From Octopus bimaculoides (lineage: Eukaryota), in the NCBI RefSeq assembly GCF_001194135.2, contig NC_069005.1, positions 3,150,544-3,214,543 on the forward strand: a DNA stretch of 64,000 nt, in the 5' to 3' direction. The notes under the pieces are model-generated. The model made no database searches, had not been told where the DNA came from, and saw only the letters and a list, made by a program, of their open reading frames with translations. Made by a program: the position numbers and the translations under genes. Of this stretch, positions 1 through 12,689 are shown piece by piece. The first letter of the stretch is position 1; every line of letters begins with the position of its first letter.

Positions 1-63
1 CACGCACAAATACAGAGATATAAATATACATGAATATAATGAATATATGTACATGAATGCGTA

Positions 64-128
<65 letters not shown>

Positions 129-543
129 GTCTGTCTGTCTGTCTATACATACGTACATACATATATACGTATATACATACGTAAATATATATACATATAT
201 GTACTTATGTATATATGTGTAAATATATATGTACGTATGTATATATTTACATATATTTGTATATATGTGTATACATATACATACGTACAGACACACACAT
301 ATAGACACATATATAAATATTAAGCCTCACCAAACGTTGAATATAGACAGATTCCAAGATTAGCACTAAGTGCAAAATATGTGGGTGAAGAAAAAACAGT
401 GATGGAAGTAGATAGCTGGTACTTTATAATATCGATCTCCAGACAGATATAAATCACAATTGATATCGATAGGAATAGTGAATAGAGGAGAAAAATGCAT
501 TGAAGATGCAATACCGTTAAAAAAGAGAAGTAATACAATGTTG

Positions 544-597
<54 letters not shown>

Positions 598-678
598 GTA
601 GTAGTAGTAGTAGTAGAATGAAAAGTATTTTTAGTACACGAATTTTACCATGATTAACATAATAATAATAATAATAAC

Positions 679-763
<85 letters not shown>
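544..763. repeat. (CTA)n(TAG)n and (AAT)n(ATT)n palindromic microsatellites
   Basis: Strand-flip centres at 596/597 and 731/732. Confidence 0.97.
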
Positions 764-1242
764 GTCATTATTAAACACGAATGAAGAGAACTACTGTGAG
801 AAATTCTTAAAGCGATGTCTGCAGTTCTTCGTGTATGGAATCCTTATCAGTATAAGACATCGGTATCAACACCATATATACATACGTGCATATATACATA
901 GATATATGCATACACATTTGTGTCTGTGTGCATATATGTATGCATATTTGTGTGTATATATACTGTCTTCTTATGTGGGGATCAGAAAACATAGATATAG
1001 AGAGCGAGAAAAACAGAGGGAGAGACAGAGAGTGACAGAGGGAGTGGAGAGAGAAAGAGGGAAAGAGAAAAAGAGAAGGAGGAGGAAATGGCATAGTTGC
1101 GACGCCATCTATTATCAATCTTTCCTGTTCACACGGTTCCTTTAAGAAAGTATGAAAAAGTCTAAAAACAATGCGAAAATCTGGAAACTCATTCTTACAA
1201 AGACTAAAATATTTGGTTGAAGTTTACGTAATGTTGAGTCCT

Positions 1243-1693
1243 GTAGAGGTGGGTGTCTGGTAAGAAGTTTGCTTCTGAATGACATGGTACTGTGTTCAAG
1301 ACCACTGACTGGCATATAGGCCAAGTGCCTTCTAGAATAGTCTCATGCCGACCAGCGACGCGAGGGGAGTCATAAACGAAATTGAAAGAAGCATCATATA
1401 TGCATGTGCGTGTATGTGTGTGTGTGTGTGTTTATATGTTTGCAACGCACATTTTAAAGGTATACCTTTGATCTTTAGATGACTTTTACCTGTGATTACT
1501 GCTGGCAGGTTTCGGTGTATTTATACCTCCTCAGTGAAGCATATATTTACAATGACTGTATAAGGCTTACAACGACAAGAGGGAAGGTAATATTTTGTGA
1601 GTCATAACTAAATTAAGTTCTAAATTAAAAGAACTGAGTAGGTGCAGGCGTGGCTATATGATAAGAAGCTTTGCTTTTCAACTTCATGGTTCC
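1243..1693 (+). mobile_element. Two decayed SINE family B heads (about 1243-1355 and 1641-1693)
   Basis: ggtaagaagtttgcttc..catgg; ggtgcaggcgtggct..taagaagctttgctt. Confidence 0.6.
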
Positions 1694-2537
1694 TTTAACA
1701 ATATCGTCCAGAAGTGTTATGGGTGGAGATGGTGGACAGAAACTGAAAGAAACCCACCGCATGTGTGTGTATATATATATATATATATATNNNNNNNNNN
1801 NNNNNNNNNNNNNNNNNNNNNNNNNNNNNNNNNNNNNNNNNNNNNNNNNNNNNNNNNNNNNNNNNNNNNNNNNNNNNNNNNNNNNNNNNNNNNNNNNNNN
1901 NNNNNNNNNNNNNNNNNNNNNNNNNNNNNNNNNNNNNNNNNNNNNNNNNNNNNNNNNNNNNNNNNNNNNNNNNNNNNNNNNNNNNNNNNNNNNNNNNNNN
2001 NNNNNNNNNNNNNNNNNNNNNNNNNNNNNNNNNNNNNNNNNNNNNNNNNNNNNNNNNNNNNNNNNNNNNNNNNNNNNNNNNNNNNNNNNNNNNNNNNNNN
2101 NNNNNNNNNNNNNNNNNNNNNNNNNNNNNNNNNNNNNNNNNNNNNNNNNNNNNNNNNNNNNNNNNNNNNNNNNNNNNNNNNNNNNNNNNNNNNNNNNNNN
2201 NNNNNNNNNNNNNNNNNNNNNNNNNNNNNNNNNNNNNNNNNNNNNNNNNNNNNNNNNNNNNNNNNNNNNNNNNNNNNNNNNNNNNNNNNNNNNNNNNNNN
2301 NNNNNNNNNNNNNNNNNNNNNNNNNNNNNNNNNNNNNNNNNNNNNNNNNNNNNNNNNNNNNNNNNNNNNNNNNNNNNNNNNNNNNNNNNNNNNNNNNNNN
2401 NNNNNNNNNNNNNNNNNNNNNNNNNNNNNNNNNNNNNNNNNNNNNNNNNNNNNNNNNNNNNNNNNNNNNNNNNNNNNNNNNNNNNNNNNNNNNNNNNNNN
2501 NNNNNNNNNNNNNNNNNNNNNNNNNNNNNNNNNNNNN

Positions 2538-2586
<49 letters not shown>

Positions 2587-2658
2587 AAGCATAGAGCGGA
2601 TGAGAGACAGAAAGAGAAAAGGAGAGACAAATAGCGGGTGAGAGAGTGACATGAGAAC

Positions 2659-2689
<31 letters not shown>

Positions 2690-2956
2690 GATGAAACAGA
2701 GAACGAGGAAGGAGCCAAAGAATCATAGATAGGCTCCTTATTGCTCCAGTATGGACTCATCCAAAGATTCATTTCCGCGCGGAAATTATCTGCATGCCTC
2801 AAGAAAGCACACATAAATATAACGATGCATACACCACCCACCCACCCACGCCGGTTCCTTTGTCACGTGCATATGTTTTCCGTAGAAAAATAGAAGTATG
2901 TATACATACATACCCACATACATTTATATGTTTATACACACACACACACACACACG

Positions 2957-2999
<43 letters not shown>

Positions 3000-3000
3000 A

Positions 3001-3127
3001 ACCAGCTAAATTGCTCCGGGTTCATTCCTATTGCGTGGCACCTTGGACAGGTAAATTCCTTTATAGCCCTAGGACGACCAAATCCTTCTGATTGGATTTG
3101 GTAGACGGAAACTGAGAGAAGTCCATC

Positions 3128-3200
<73 letters not shown>

Positions 3201-3450
3201 CATATATTTGTGTGTGTGCGTGTGTGTGTGTGTATGTCTGTGTCTGTGTTTGCTCCTCATCACCGCTTGACAACCGGTGCTGGTGTTTACGTGCCCGTAA
3301 CCTAGCGGTTCGGCAAATGCGCCCGATAGAATAAGTACCAGTGTTAACAAAAGTTATGTGCTGGTGACGACTCATTCGACGAAAAATTCTTCGAGGTGGT
3401 GCTGCAACATGGCCGCAGTCTAGTGACTGAAACAAGTAAAAGATAGAAGA
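3001..3450 (+). mobile_element. SINE family B (CORE-like head + internal TA/TG microsatellite + tail)
   Basis: gcgtggcaccttgg..tatagccc..gaccaaa..ggatttggtagacggaaactga, then (TA)n, then cttgacaaccggtgctgg..ccgatagaataagtac..catggccgcagtc..gaaacaagtaaaaga. Confidence 0.88.
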
Positions 3451-3968
3451 TATGTATACATATTTATGTGTGTGTATGTATGTATGTATGTATATACTTA
3501 GGTATATATCGACACGATGTCGAAATAATTGTCCCCTTGTCTATTTGCGTCCATATGTGTTTATACGTAAGTGTGTTTACAAATATATAAACACTCACCA
3601 ACAGACGTTCGGTTACGTCTCTCTCTCTCTATGTATATTATAGGATTAGTAGTACAGAATGCAGATTAGAATATCGCGTAAGCGTTAGCACCCGAGTGTA
3701 AATGTACTGGGTGTCGTTGTGGTTTAATCCGAGGTAGGAATTGATGTTAAGCAAAGCTACTATCGAAGTGCTTCCAGGCGAGACGTTCCCATTTATTGTT
3801 ATTAAGTCACGATACGGTCAGAACGAATGTATCAATTACATATTTTCTATAAGACGATGATATACTGGTAACGGTGAGAGTGATTTACTGCTATTTCTAG
3901 CCGGTTAAAACGTAGTCTCCTCAAACACACACACATTCAAACACACATAGGAACACACACACACGAAT

Positions 3969-4031
<63 letters not shown>

Positions 4032-4094
4032 TGCACACACGCATACACCTACACACACGCACATATACATACACGCACATATACACACACGCAT

Positions 4095-4372
4095 AGGTCA
4101 GTGGAAGAACCTGCACATTAAATTAAGGTGCAAGTGGCTCAGCAGTCCACAGACACCCGTAACTTTAACGTAGTTCTTCAGGGAGATTCAGCGTGACACA
4201 CAATGGGACAAGACCCCCCCCCATTTGAATTACAGGTACTACTCATTGTTGGCAGCTGAGATGACTGGAGCCACGAGAAATAAAGTGTCTTACTCAAAGA
4301 CACAACATGCCACTTGAAATCGACCTCATGACTTTACGATCGACAGACTCTCAACCTATATTTAACCACGCG
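4095..4372 (-). mobile_element. SINE family C variant, full length, head-to-head with the B copy at 4378
   Basis: Reverse complement of the 59050 architecture; head ggcgcgtggtta. Confidence 0.8.
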
Positions 4373-4377
4373 CCTTC

Positions 4378-4485
4378 ACCGTCAATCCCACTGCGTGGCA
4401 CCTCGGTAGAGTGTCTGCTACTATAGCCTCGGGCCGACCAGAGACTTGTGAGTGGATTTGGTAGACGGTATCTGAAACGTGCCTG

Positions 4486-4490
<5 letters not shown>
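4378..4490 (+). mobile_element. SINE family B 5' half ending in (TA)n
   Basis: cccactgcgtggcacctcgg..tactatagcctcgggccgacc..ggatttggtagacgg. Confidence 0.85.
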
Positions 4491-4527
<37 letters not shown>

Positions 4528-4942
4528 GCAGCACAAAATTTTGTCAGTGAACAGGTCGCGGTCTCAAAGCGACGAAAATATTTTGACAAATTAAATTTAA
4601 ATGTNNNNNNNNNNNNNNNNNNNNNNNNNNNNNNNNNNNNNNNNNNNNNNNNNNNNNNNNNNNNNNNNNNNNNNNNNNNNNNNNNNNNNNNNNNNNNNNN
4701 NNNNNNNNNNNNNNNNNNNNNNNNNNNNNNNNNNNNNNNNNNNNNNNNNNNNNATATATATATATATATATATATAGATTCAAAAAAACAATAACAAAAA
4801 AACAACAAAGTGAGGACGTGATACGGATAGAGTTATTGGACGCTCATGAAAGGAAAGAGAGAGTATATATATATATACACAAATATATGCATACACACAC
4901 ACACACACACAGACACACACACGCACACATACACACACACAT

Positions 4943-4984
<42 letters not shown>

Positions 4985-5000
4985 TCTAATTTTTTAGTAT

Positions 5001-5372
5001 TTTACTTGTTTCAGCCGTTCGACTGCAGCCATGCTGGAGCACTGCCTTTAGTCGAGCAAATCAACCCCAGGACTTATTCTTTGCAAGCGTAGTACTTATT
5101 CTATCGGTTTCTTTTGCTGCACCACTAAGTTACGGGGACAAGCACCCCGGCATTGGTTTTCAAGCGATGTTGGGGAGACGAACTCAGATACACAAACATA
5201 CACGCACATAGATATACATGCATACATATATACTACGGGCTTCTTTCAGTTTCCATCTACCATATCCACTCACAAAGCTATGTTCGGTCCGGGGCTATAA
5301 TAGAAGACACTTGCGCAAGGTGCCATGGAGTGGGACTGAACCCAGAACCATTTGGTTGGTAAGCAAGCTACA
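5001..5372 (-). mobile_element. SINE family B, near full length
   Basis: Reverse complement of the 3001 architecture. Confidence 0.88.
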
Positions 5373-5796
5373 CCCATATAGATAGATATAAGTGCATATG
5401 CTGGTGCGTGCATGTGTATAATTAAGTGTCGGCTTCCGTTCATGCGTACAGCGTATCTGTCTGTGTGTGCGGTTAGGTGCTCATGTTTATTCTTCGTTGA
5501 TACAGACGCTCCTTTTCCTTCATCTTAAATCTATGATCGTCAGCCAGAGCATTTTGTGTGTCTGCCTGTCGGTCAGTCAGTCAGTTTGTCTGTTGGCATA
5601 TCTGCCTCAACGTCTGTGCACCTCACTGCATCACTGCATCGTGTCTGCCGAGCAAAACTCTAATTCCTACCGTCTGTACGTGTGCACGCATGCACGCATG
5701 CACGCACGCACGATGGGTTGCTTGTGAGGAAGAGAGTGAGAGGCAACCTTCGTTGTTTACTCCGTAAGTATCGCTCGTTAGATCTACAAACTCACT

Positions 5797-5858
<62 letters not shown>

Positions 5859-6579
5859 NNNNNNNNNNNNNNNNNNNNNNNNNNNNNNNNNNNNNNNNNN
5901 NNNNNNNNNNNNNNNNNNNNNNNNNNNNNNNNNNNNNNNNNNNNNNNNNNNNNNNNNNNNNNNNNNNNNNNNNNNNNNNNNNNNNNNNNNNNNNNNNNNN
6001 NNNNNNNNNNNNNNNNNNNNNNNNNNNNNNNNNNNNNNNNNNNNNNNNNNNNNNNNNNNNNNNNNNNNNNNNNNNNNNNNNNNNNNNNNNNNNNNNNNNN
6101 NNNNNNNNNNNNNNNNNNNNNNNNNNNNNNNNNNNNNNNNNNNNNNNNNNNNNNNNNNNNNNNNNNNNNNNNNNNNNNNNNNNNNNNNNNNNNNNNNNNN
6201 NNNNNNNNNNNNNNNNNNNNNNNNNNNNNNNNNNNNNNNNNNNNNNNNNNNNNNNNNNNNNNNNNNNNNNNNNNNNNNNNNNNNNNNNNNNNNNNNNNNN
6301 NNNNNNNNNNNNNNNNNNNNNNNNNNNNNNNNNNNNNNNNNNNNNNNNNNNNNNNNNNNNNNNNNNNNNNNNNNNNNNNNNNNNNNNNNNNNNNNNNNNN
6401 NNNNNNNNNNNNNNNNNNNNNNNNNNNNNNNNNNNNNNNNNNNNNNNNNNNNNNNNNNNNNNNNNNNNNNNNNNNNNNNNNNNNNNNNNNNNNNNNNNNN
6501 NNNNNNNNNNNNNNNNNNNNNNNNNNNNNNNNNNNNNNNNNNNNNNNNNNNNNNNNNNNNNNNNNNNNNNNNNNNNNNN

Positions 6580-6634
<55 letters not shown>

Positions 6635-6802
6635 TATATGCACCAACAATATTAATAATAACAATTATAATCTTTTTTCCCTAGGCATAAGGCCCGAATT
6701 GTAGTTGTGGTGGTGATAGTAGTAGTATTATTAACAGTAGGAGTAGGTGTAGGAGTAGCAGCAGCAGCAGCAACAACATCCATGGAAGTTTACTCTTGTT
6801 CG

Positions 6803-7015
6803 GGCGACGGTCTGGCAGAATTGCTAGAGCAAGGCAGTAGCTGTTTTGCCCTATTTCCTTCTGACTCATTAACTTGTGCTTTCAAGTCCAGCCAGCATCA
6901 GCTTTAACTTTTTTCCTCTTATTCCGGTTGATGAAATAAAATACTTGGTTACCAGTATCGGCCATCGATCTGTCCACGATCATGTTGGCCTTATGCCCTA
7001 ATCGGAAACCATTAA
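6803..7015 (+). mobile_element. SINE family A, strongly diverged
   Basis: ggcgacggtctggcagaattgctagagc head and ggccttatgccc tail. Confidence 0.6.
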
Positions 7016-7262
7016 GTAATGTGTCGTTGAGGTTTTTGAGCAGCAGGTTGTGTTTGAAGAGTTATTTTGCCGTTATTGAAAGTAGGTCGAGGAGAGAAAA
7101 TAGAAGCCCCACTGTGAGTTCGTGTTACTGAGATATGAGAGAGACAGAGAGATAGAAAATGAGATCAGGCGGAGAGAAAGAGGGAGAAAGGTAAGGAGAT
7201 GGAGAGAGGAGAGAGAGAGAGAGAAACCATGAACAGCACATCTAGTTGGAAATGTCTACAGT

Positions 7263-7660
7263 CAGGGCCGGATTAAGACCCATCGAGGCCCTAAGCACTT
7301 AAAACATTTTGGTGTCTCTCTAAAAGATTATGTAATTCAAAATTTAAACAATAACAAACCATAAAATAATTTTTTTTTTTCAAAACGAAACGAAACAGCA
7401 AAAGGGAAAATAATGTTTATTTTTGTCTACTTCCATTTTATTTACATTTGAAAATTTTCCTCCTAGCTTTTTTGAATTGCAAAGTCTTTGATCAGATCCT
7501 CAAAATTAATCTTAGGTAACACATCTGCAGCTATACTAAGTAGAGATATAGGCATCCCGAATATTATTTTAGCAAGTTTAAAGTGATTTTTTTGTGCCGC
7601 AAACCATTTACCATTTCTATGGAGCTCCCTCCTTCCCTTGATACCCTAAGCACGTGCTTA
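7263..7660 (-). mobile_element. hAT DNA transposon remnant with C-terminal dimerisation-domain fragment
   Basis: Terminus CAGGGCCGGATTAAG at 7263; subterminal ccctaagcac repeated near 7290 and 7644. Minus strand about 7441-7555 encodes ISLLSIAADVLPKINFEDLIKDFAIQK/ARRKIF, a typical hAT C-terminus, with a +1 frameshift. Second TIR missing. Confidence 0.75.
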
Positions 7661-9039
7661 TATAAGAGTATTTGTCTCATCTGTCTCTCAAGAACAAGAA
7701 CTTTAATGTTAGAGATCTCCTACACAGCATGTCACCTACAATGAGTGCCACAAAGTTTCTTCCTGCCACCCCACCCTCAATCTTCTTTTCGTAGGCATTA
7801 AGTACCTACTTTCTGCTATCTCATTCCATTCATATCCTCGACCAGGTGATATTTCTCTTTACTTCTCTCAGAATTTCAGGAAAGAAATATTGTGTCCCTA
7901 CAGAGATGCGTGACATGTTAGGCTTGGTAAACCATATCTCTTTCAAACTAATTCCAAGAAGACCTCAGAATGAAAAATGCCAGAAAATTTTCAATATCTT
8001 CTTCGAGATTGTAACAAACACCGGCGTAACATTATTTTACGGCTCGAAAGTGATGAAACGCAAAAGTAACTTTGCAAGGATTGAAGAGAACCGGAAGAAG
8101 ATGTGTGTCGAAAATAATGGTTTCAAATTTAGCTCGAAGCCAGCAATGTTGGTAGAAACGGGTTTTGACGATGTCATCGACGTCAGTGCTCAATTGCAAA
8201 ATGATGGAAGGCAAAGTCGACCAAGGCTGAATTTGATGGAGCCAGGAAAAATGTAGCTAAGCAGTTTGTCCACTGCACATCCGAGTCTTCTTGCTCGCCG
8301 CCTTCTTTTGTCGGAAATAGCATGGTTTCAGATGAAGTATATATAGCAGGCAGTTAGCAGAAGCGTGAATGTGTCGGCTAAAATTTCTTAACGACATTTC
8401 ATCCGGCTATTTACGGCTCGGAGATAAAATCTGTGTGTGTGTCTGTGTGTGTATGCGCGTGCTTATATGCGTGTGTGTACTGTTGTGTTTGTCTCTTTGT
8501 GTTTGCACTTCTCCATCACTAACGCATGGCAGCCAGTGTACGTTTGGTTTGGTTAGGTTTGAATACGTAATCGTAAATTGACCGTTTCTGCGTGAGAGTC
8601 CGAAAAAGAAAATTAGATACTACACGAATCGTTCAACTAAAAATAACCCTTAAAGGTTGTGCCCCAGCATGGCCGCAGTCCAATGACTGAAAGAAGTAGA
8701 AAATATATATTGCTTTTCTTTCATAGTATTTGAATAGAGTACGGCGGTGGTGATTTAAATAGTTACTCGTGGGAAAATGATATCCGGAACTAAATCGGTT
8801 ATAGAGGATTGAGGAGGCGTCTTTGAAAGATGCTCGTAAGAGAATAAATAAATAAATAGATAAATAAATAAATAAAACAGAGGGGTGATCGATACGCAGT
8901 TCTAAATCTATTTAGGACGCTTTAGGAAATAGAGTGCTTGATACACTATGCTTGAAAATGAAAGATGGGAGGGTACAACGGTTCGAACTACTTTCAAGCT
9001 CAGGTCAGTCAGTTCAATGACAGCTGATCTGCAACGAAA

Positions 9040-9103
9040 ATTTACAACTACAACTACGACCACTACTGCTGCTGCTGCTGCTACCACTACTACTACTACT
9101 ACA

Positions 9104-9148
<45 letters not shown>

Positions 9149-9356
9149 GCTGCTGCTGCTGCTGCTGCTGCTACAACTACTACTATGCTACTATTACTAC
9201 TACTTCTACTACACCTGCCCCCACTTCAACTTTGCTGTGTCTCGTCCTCCGCGACTCCGCACCGAATACCTTGCCTAATCAGTGTTATTCAAATACAAAT
9301 ATTTTCAGAGAAAGATAGACATACAGACAGAGAAACAGACAGACAAAAAGACAGAC

Positions 9357-9419
<63 letters not shown>

Positions 9420-9420
9420 A
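9040..9420. repeat. (ACT)n/(GCT)n array and (AGAT)n array
   Basis: Seen directly. Confidence 0.95.
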
Positions 9421-10059
9421 ACATAGATGCATAGATACATAGATAACGGGACAAGTAGAGAAGAAAGAGAGAAAAAGGAGAGAGATGGAAAGAGAGAGTG
9501 ACGGAGTGAGAGGAGTTATTAAAACAACGATGAAAAGGAGAGAAATGTTTTGATGGTGTGCTGCTGCTGCTGCTGTTGATGATGATGATGATGATGATGA
9601 TAACTTATAATGTTTGTGGTCTGAGATCATCAAATAAATCAATTTTGTGTATTGAATGTATCGATTTGATGAAACATCGATTAACCACACCAACGTAAAG
9701 ATGGCGCGTGTTTATATTGTATTGATAGAAATTAGTGAAACACNNNNNNNNNNNNNNNNNNNNNNNNNNNNNNNNNNNNNNNNNNNNNNNNNNNNNNNNN
9801 NNNNNNNNNNNNNNNNNNNNNNNNNNNNNNNNNNNNNNNNNNNNNNNNNNNNNNNNNNNNNNNNNNNNNNNNNNNNNNNNNNNNNNNNNNNNNNNNNNNN
9901 NNNNNNNNNNNNNNNNNNNNNNNNNNNNNNNNNNNNNNNNNNNNNNNNNNNNNNNNNNNNNNNNNNNNNNNNNNNNNNNNNNNNNNNNNNNNNNNNNNNN
10001 NNNNNNNNNNNNNNNNNNNNNNNNNNNNNNNNNNNNNNNNNNNNNNNNNNNNNNNNNNN

Positions 10060-10101
<42 letters not shown>

Positions 10102-10409
10102 TATAAGCATACGTTTCTAAACACTCGTACTTATATACATGTAGATATAAACACAAACAAACGATCGCACACACATATATACAGATATATATGCATACCA
10201 ACACAAACATATTGATGCTGGCATGTACATATTAACATGCACGTACACACACATATATACACACACACAGACATACACACACACACGCACACAAAGAAAT
10301 ATCGTTGTATATCCGTACATACAAGTAGAGACATATAAAGACACACGCTTCAAGTAAGTAATCATACACACACAAATGTTTCTGTACGTTTAGACAGAGA
10401 AGAGTGGTC

Positions 10410-10676
10410 CTCCGTCGTTTACGACGATATGTGATCTAGTTCATCCAATCAGCGGAACCGCCAGCTCACGAAATGAGCATGGAAGACGCAAATCACGCTG
10501 TAGTCATGCGTACTCTTAACGTTGCTCTGAGGGGGGTTCAGCGTGACCGAGTATGTGACATGATTGGTCATTTGAAATTCCGGCACGACGCATACTTGCC
10601 GGGGGAGTAGGCAGGAGCAACGAGAAATAAAGTGTCTTGCTCAAGGACGACACGCCTAACCATTAAGCCAGGCGCC
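10410..10676 (-). mobile_element. SINE family C variant
   Basis: ctccgtcgtttacgacg..ttcagcgtgac..gaaataaagtgtcttgctcaaggac. Confidence 0.8.
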
Positions 10677-10780
10677 TAAGGCAGATATATACATAAAACA
10701 TTCACACATGCATACATACAAACATACATACATATATGCATACATATATGCATGCATATATACATACATGCATACATACA

Positions 10781-11050
10781 GATTACAAGTTTAGTTTTAT
10801 ACCGGTAATGATTGGGGCAGTGGAATATGTAGCACATTGCCTTAATCCCAATCTTAGGGATTTAGGCTTCTCAAAACCAGAAAGGAGAAAGCTGATTCGA
10901 AAACTACAAAGCTAAGCCATCACTGGAACTGTAAAAATCTGTAAAACTTTCCAGAAATTTGTTACTTAAGTATATATGAGCATGTTTACATATGCAATTA
11001 TATGCATTGAGAATGCATACATAAGAGAAAACATGCAAAACTGGCGTACA
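10781..11050 (+). mobile_element. 5'-truncated R4/Dong-like (RLE-type) non-LTR retrotransposon 3' end, copy 1
   Basis: 10781-10969 translates DYKFSFIPVMIGAVEYVAHCLNPNLRDLGFSKPERRKLIRKLQS*AITGTVKICKTFQKFVT*, matching the P.VIGA.G...LG...LQ....GT..I terminus of R4-clade ORFs. Homologous to 16752-16871. Confidence 0.7.
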
Positions 11051-12269
11051 CGTAGACATAAAAGTAAGGAGATGACCATCACCAACTAAAACAAATAACA
11101 AGGAACTAATAACAACAACAATAACGTATGTGCAAGCGCCAAGCACAACGCCACCATCATCACCGCACCGCCATATGTGTGTGTGCATGTATATATATAT
11201 ATATNNNNNNNNNNNNNNNNNNNNNNNNNNNNNNNNNNNNNNNNNNNNNNNNNNNNNNNNNNNNNNNNNNNNNNNNNNNNNNNNNNNNNNNNNNNNNNNN
11301 NNNNNNNNNNNNNNNNNNNNNNNNNNNNNNNNNNNNNNNNNNNNNNNNNNNNNNNNNNNNNNNNNNNNNNNNNNNNNNNNNNNNNNNNNNNNNNNNNNNN
11401 NNNNNNNNNNNNNNNNNNNNNNNNNNNNNATATATATATATGCATATATACACGGACATATATGGATGTTTAATTTTAATTCCGGTTGTAATAACACGGA
11501 TGGCTACAAGTGGAAACCTTGCTCGTAGACCGGCTGAACCTGGGTTAGCTTCACAACGCCAAAAACAAAAAAACAAATAATGACAATACAAAAGTAAGAG
11601 GGACAGTAATCGTTTTGCAATATGTCTGCAACAAATGAGAATTCTCTACAAAGGCCACAAAACAAGGCAATTCCTACCATTATAGACCACACACTGCTTA
11701 CAAAGAAGGAAAACGAAAACCATTGGAAGAAGTAATGGAGTTATTGTATAGCAATCGTTATCTCCTACACTCCTCCCCATACCATGAAAGATAAACAAAC
11801 ACAATGACACTTAGTCAAACTGATATCATGTATTCTAAAATACTGCAGTGATCCCATCCTGGGGACATGAGCTCTTTACTCTGTTATGGTGATTAGTGAG
11901 AAAAACTAAACCGGAGAGGACACGTTCATAAAATGTGGCCGCAATTGATTCATCTAATTGAAGAAACGTACACGCACGTGGAACCGAAAAAATGTAAGCC
12001 TAAAAACTTAACGAACTTCTTCCTTTTTTTCCGTTTTCCTTTTTCTTTTTCTTTTCTTTTTTTCTCCTATCTATGTTCCTCAGATAAACTCTAAATCATT
12101 CTGACGATGTTTGTTAGATGGAACGACATAAATGAAAATTTACTTCGAAATGACAAACTGAAACAGCTGTAAATGTTCTTGAACTACAATTAAATTATGA
12201 CATTCTAAAACCAATGATCAACTTCTGACTGTTAATTGTTGCTCCATTTCGTTTCTTATCTTATACACA

Positions 12270-12314
<45 letters not shown>

Positions 12315-12317
12315 ACT

Positions 12318-12358
<41 letters not shown>

Positions 12359-12689
12359 GTGTGTATATAACATGAAATAAATGTATTATAAATGCATAAA
12401 CGAAAAACGGACACAATGGCAAGTTAAAAAAACGAATAGTAAATGCACAGGCGATCGAAAAATCCGATATCAAGTGAACAAACGGAGAGAAAACAAACAA
12501 GGAAAGTTCCAAATAGCGCGTGAAATTCTGTAATACCATGTGATTAATAACTGATGAGTAATTTGGGCCGTTCTGTGTCTGTTTTCTGCCTGTTTGGGCA
12601 ATGAACACACGTTTTTTCGTTCATCTGCACATTTATTATAACTTGCTTTCATTATCTTGTTTTCATTACCTAATTATATCTCATTCTTG

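Noticed and set aside
1658-2841. Long ORFs of 289-374 aa here, and similar ORFs at 5.7, 9.7, 11.1, 29.8, 32.8, 34.3, 45.8, 46.7, 50.7, 54.4, 56.3, 57.8 and 61.4 kb
   Set aside because: They run through N-gaps (X residues) and YI/TH/CV microsatellite translations, so they are artefacts.
7846-8256. 136-aa ORF
   Set aside because: No recognisable domain; its 3' third is a decayed SINE A on the minus strand (GRQSRPRLNL is the antisense SINE core seen in many ORFs).
12015-12110. Very strong polypyrimidine tract + CAG acceptor at about 12083
   Set aside because: All three frames hit a stop within 7 codons and no donor follows; at most non-coding.
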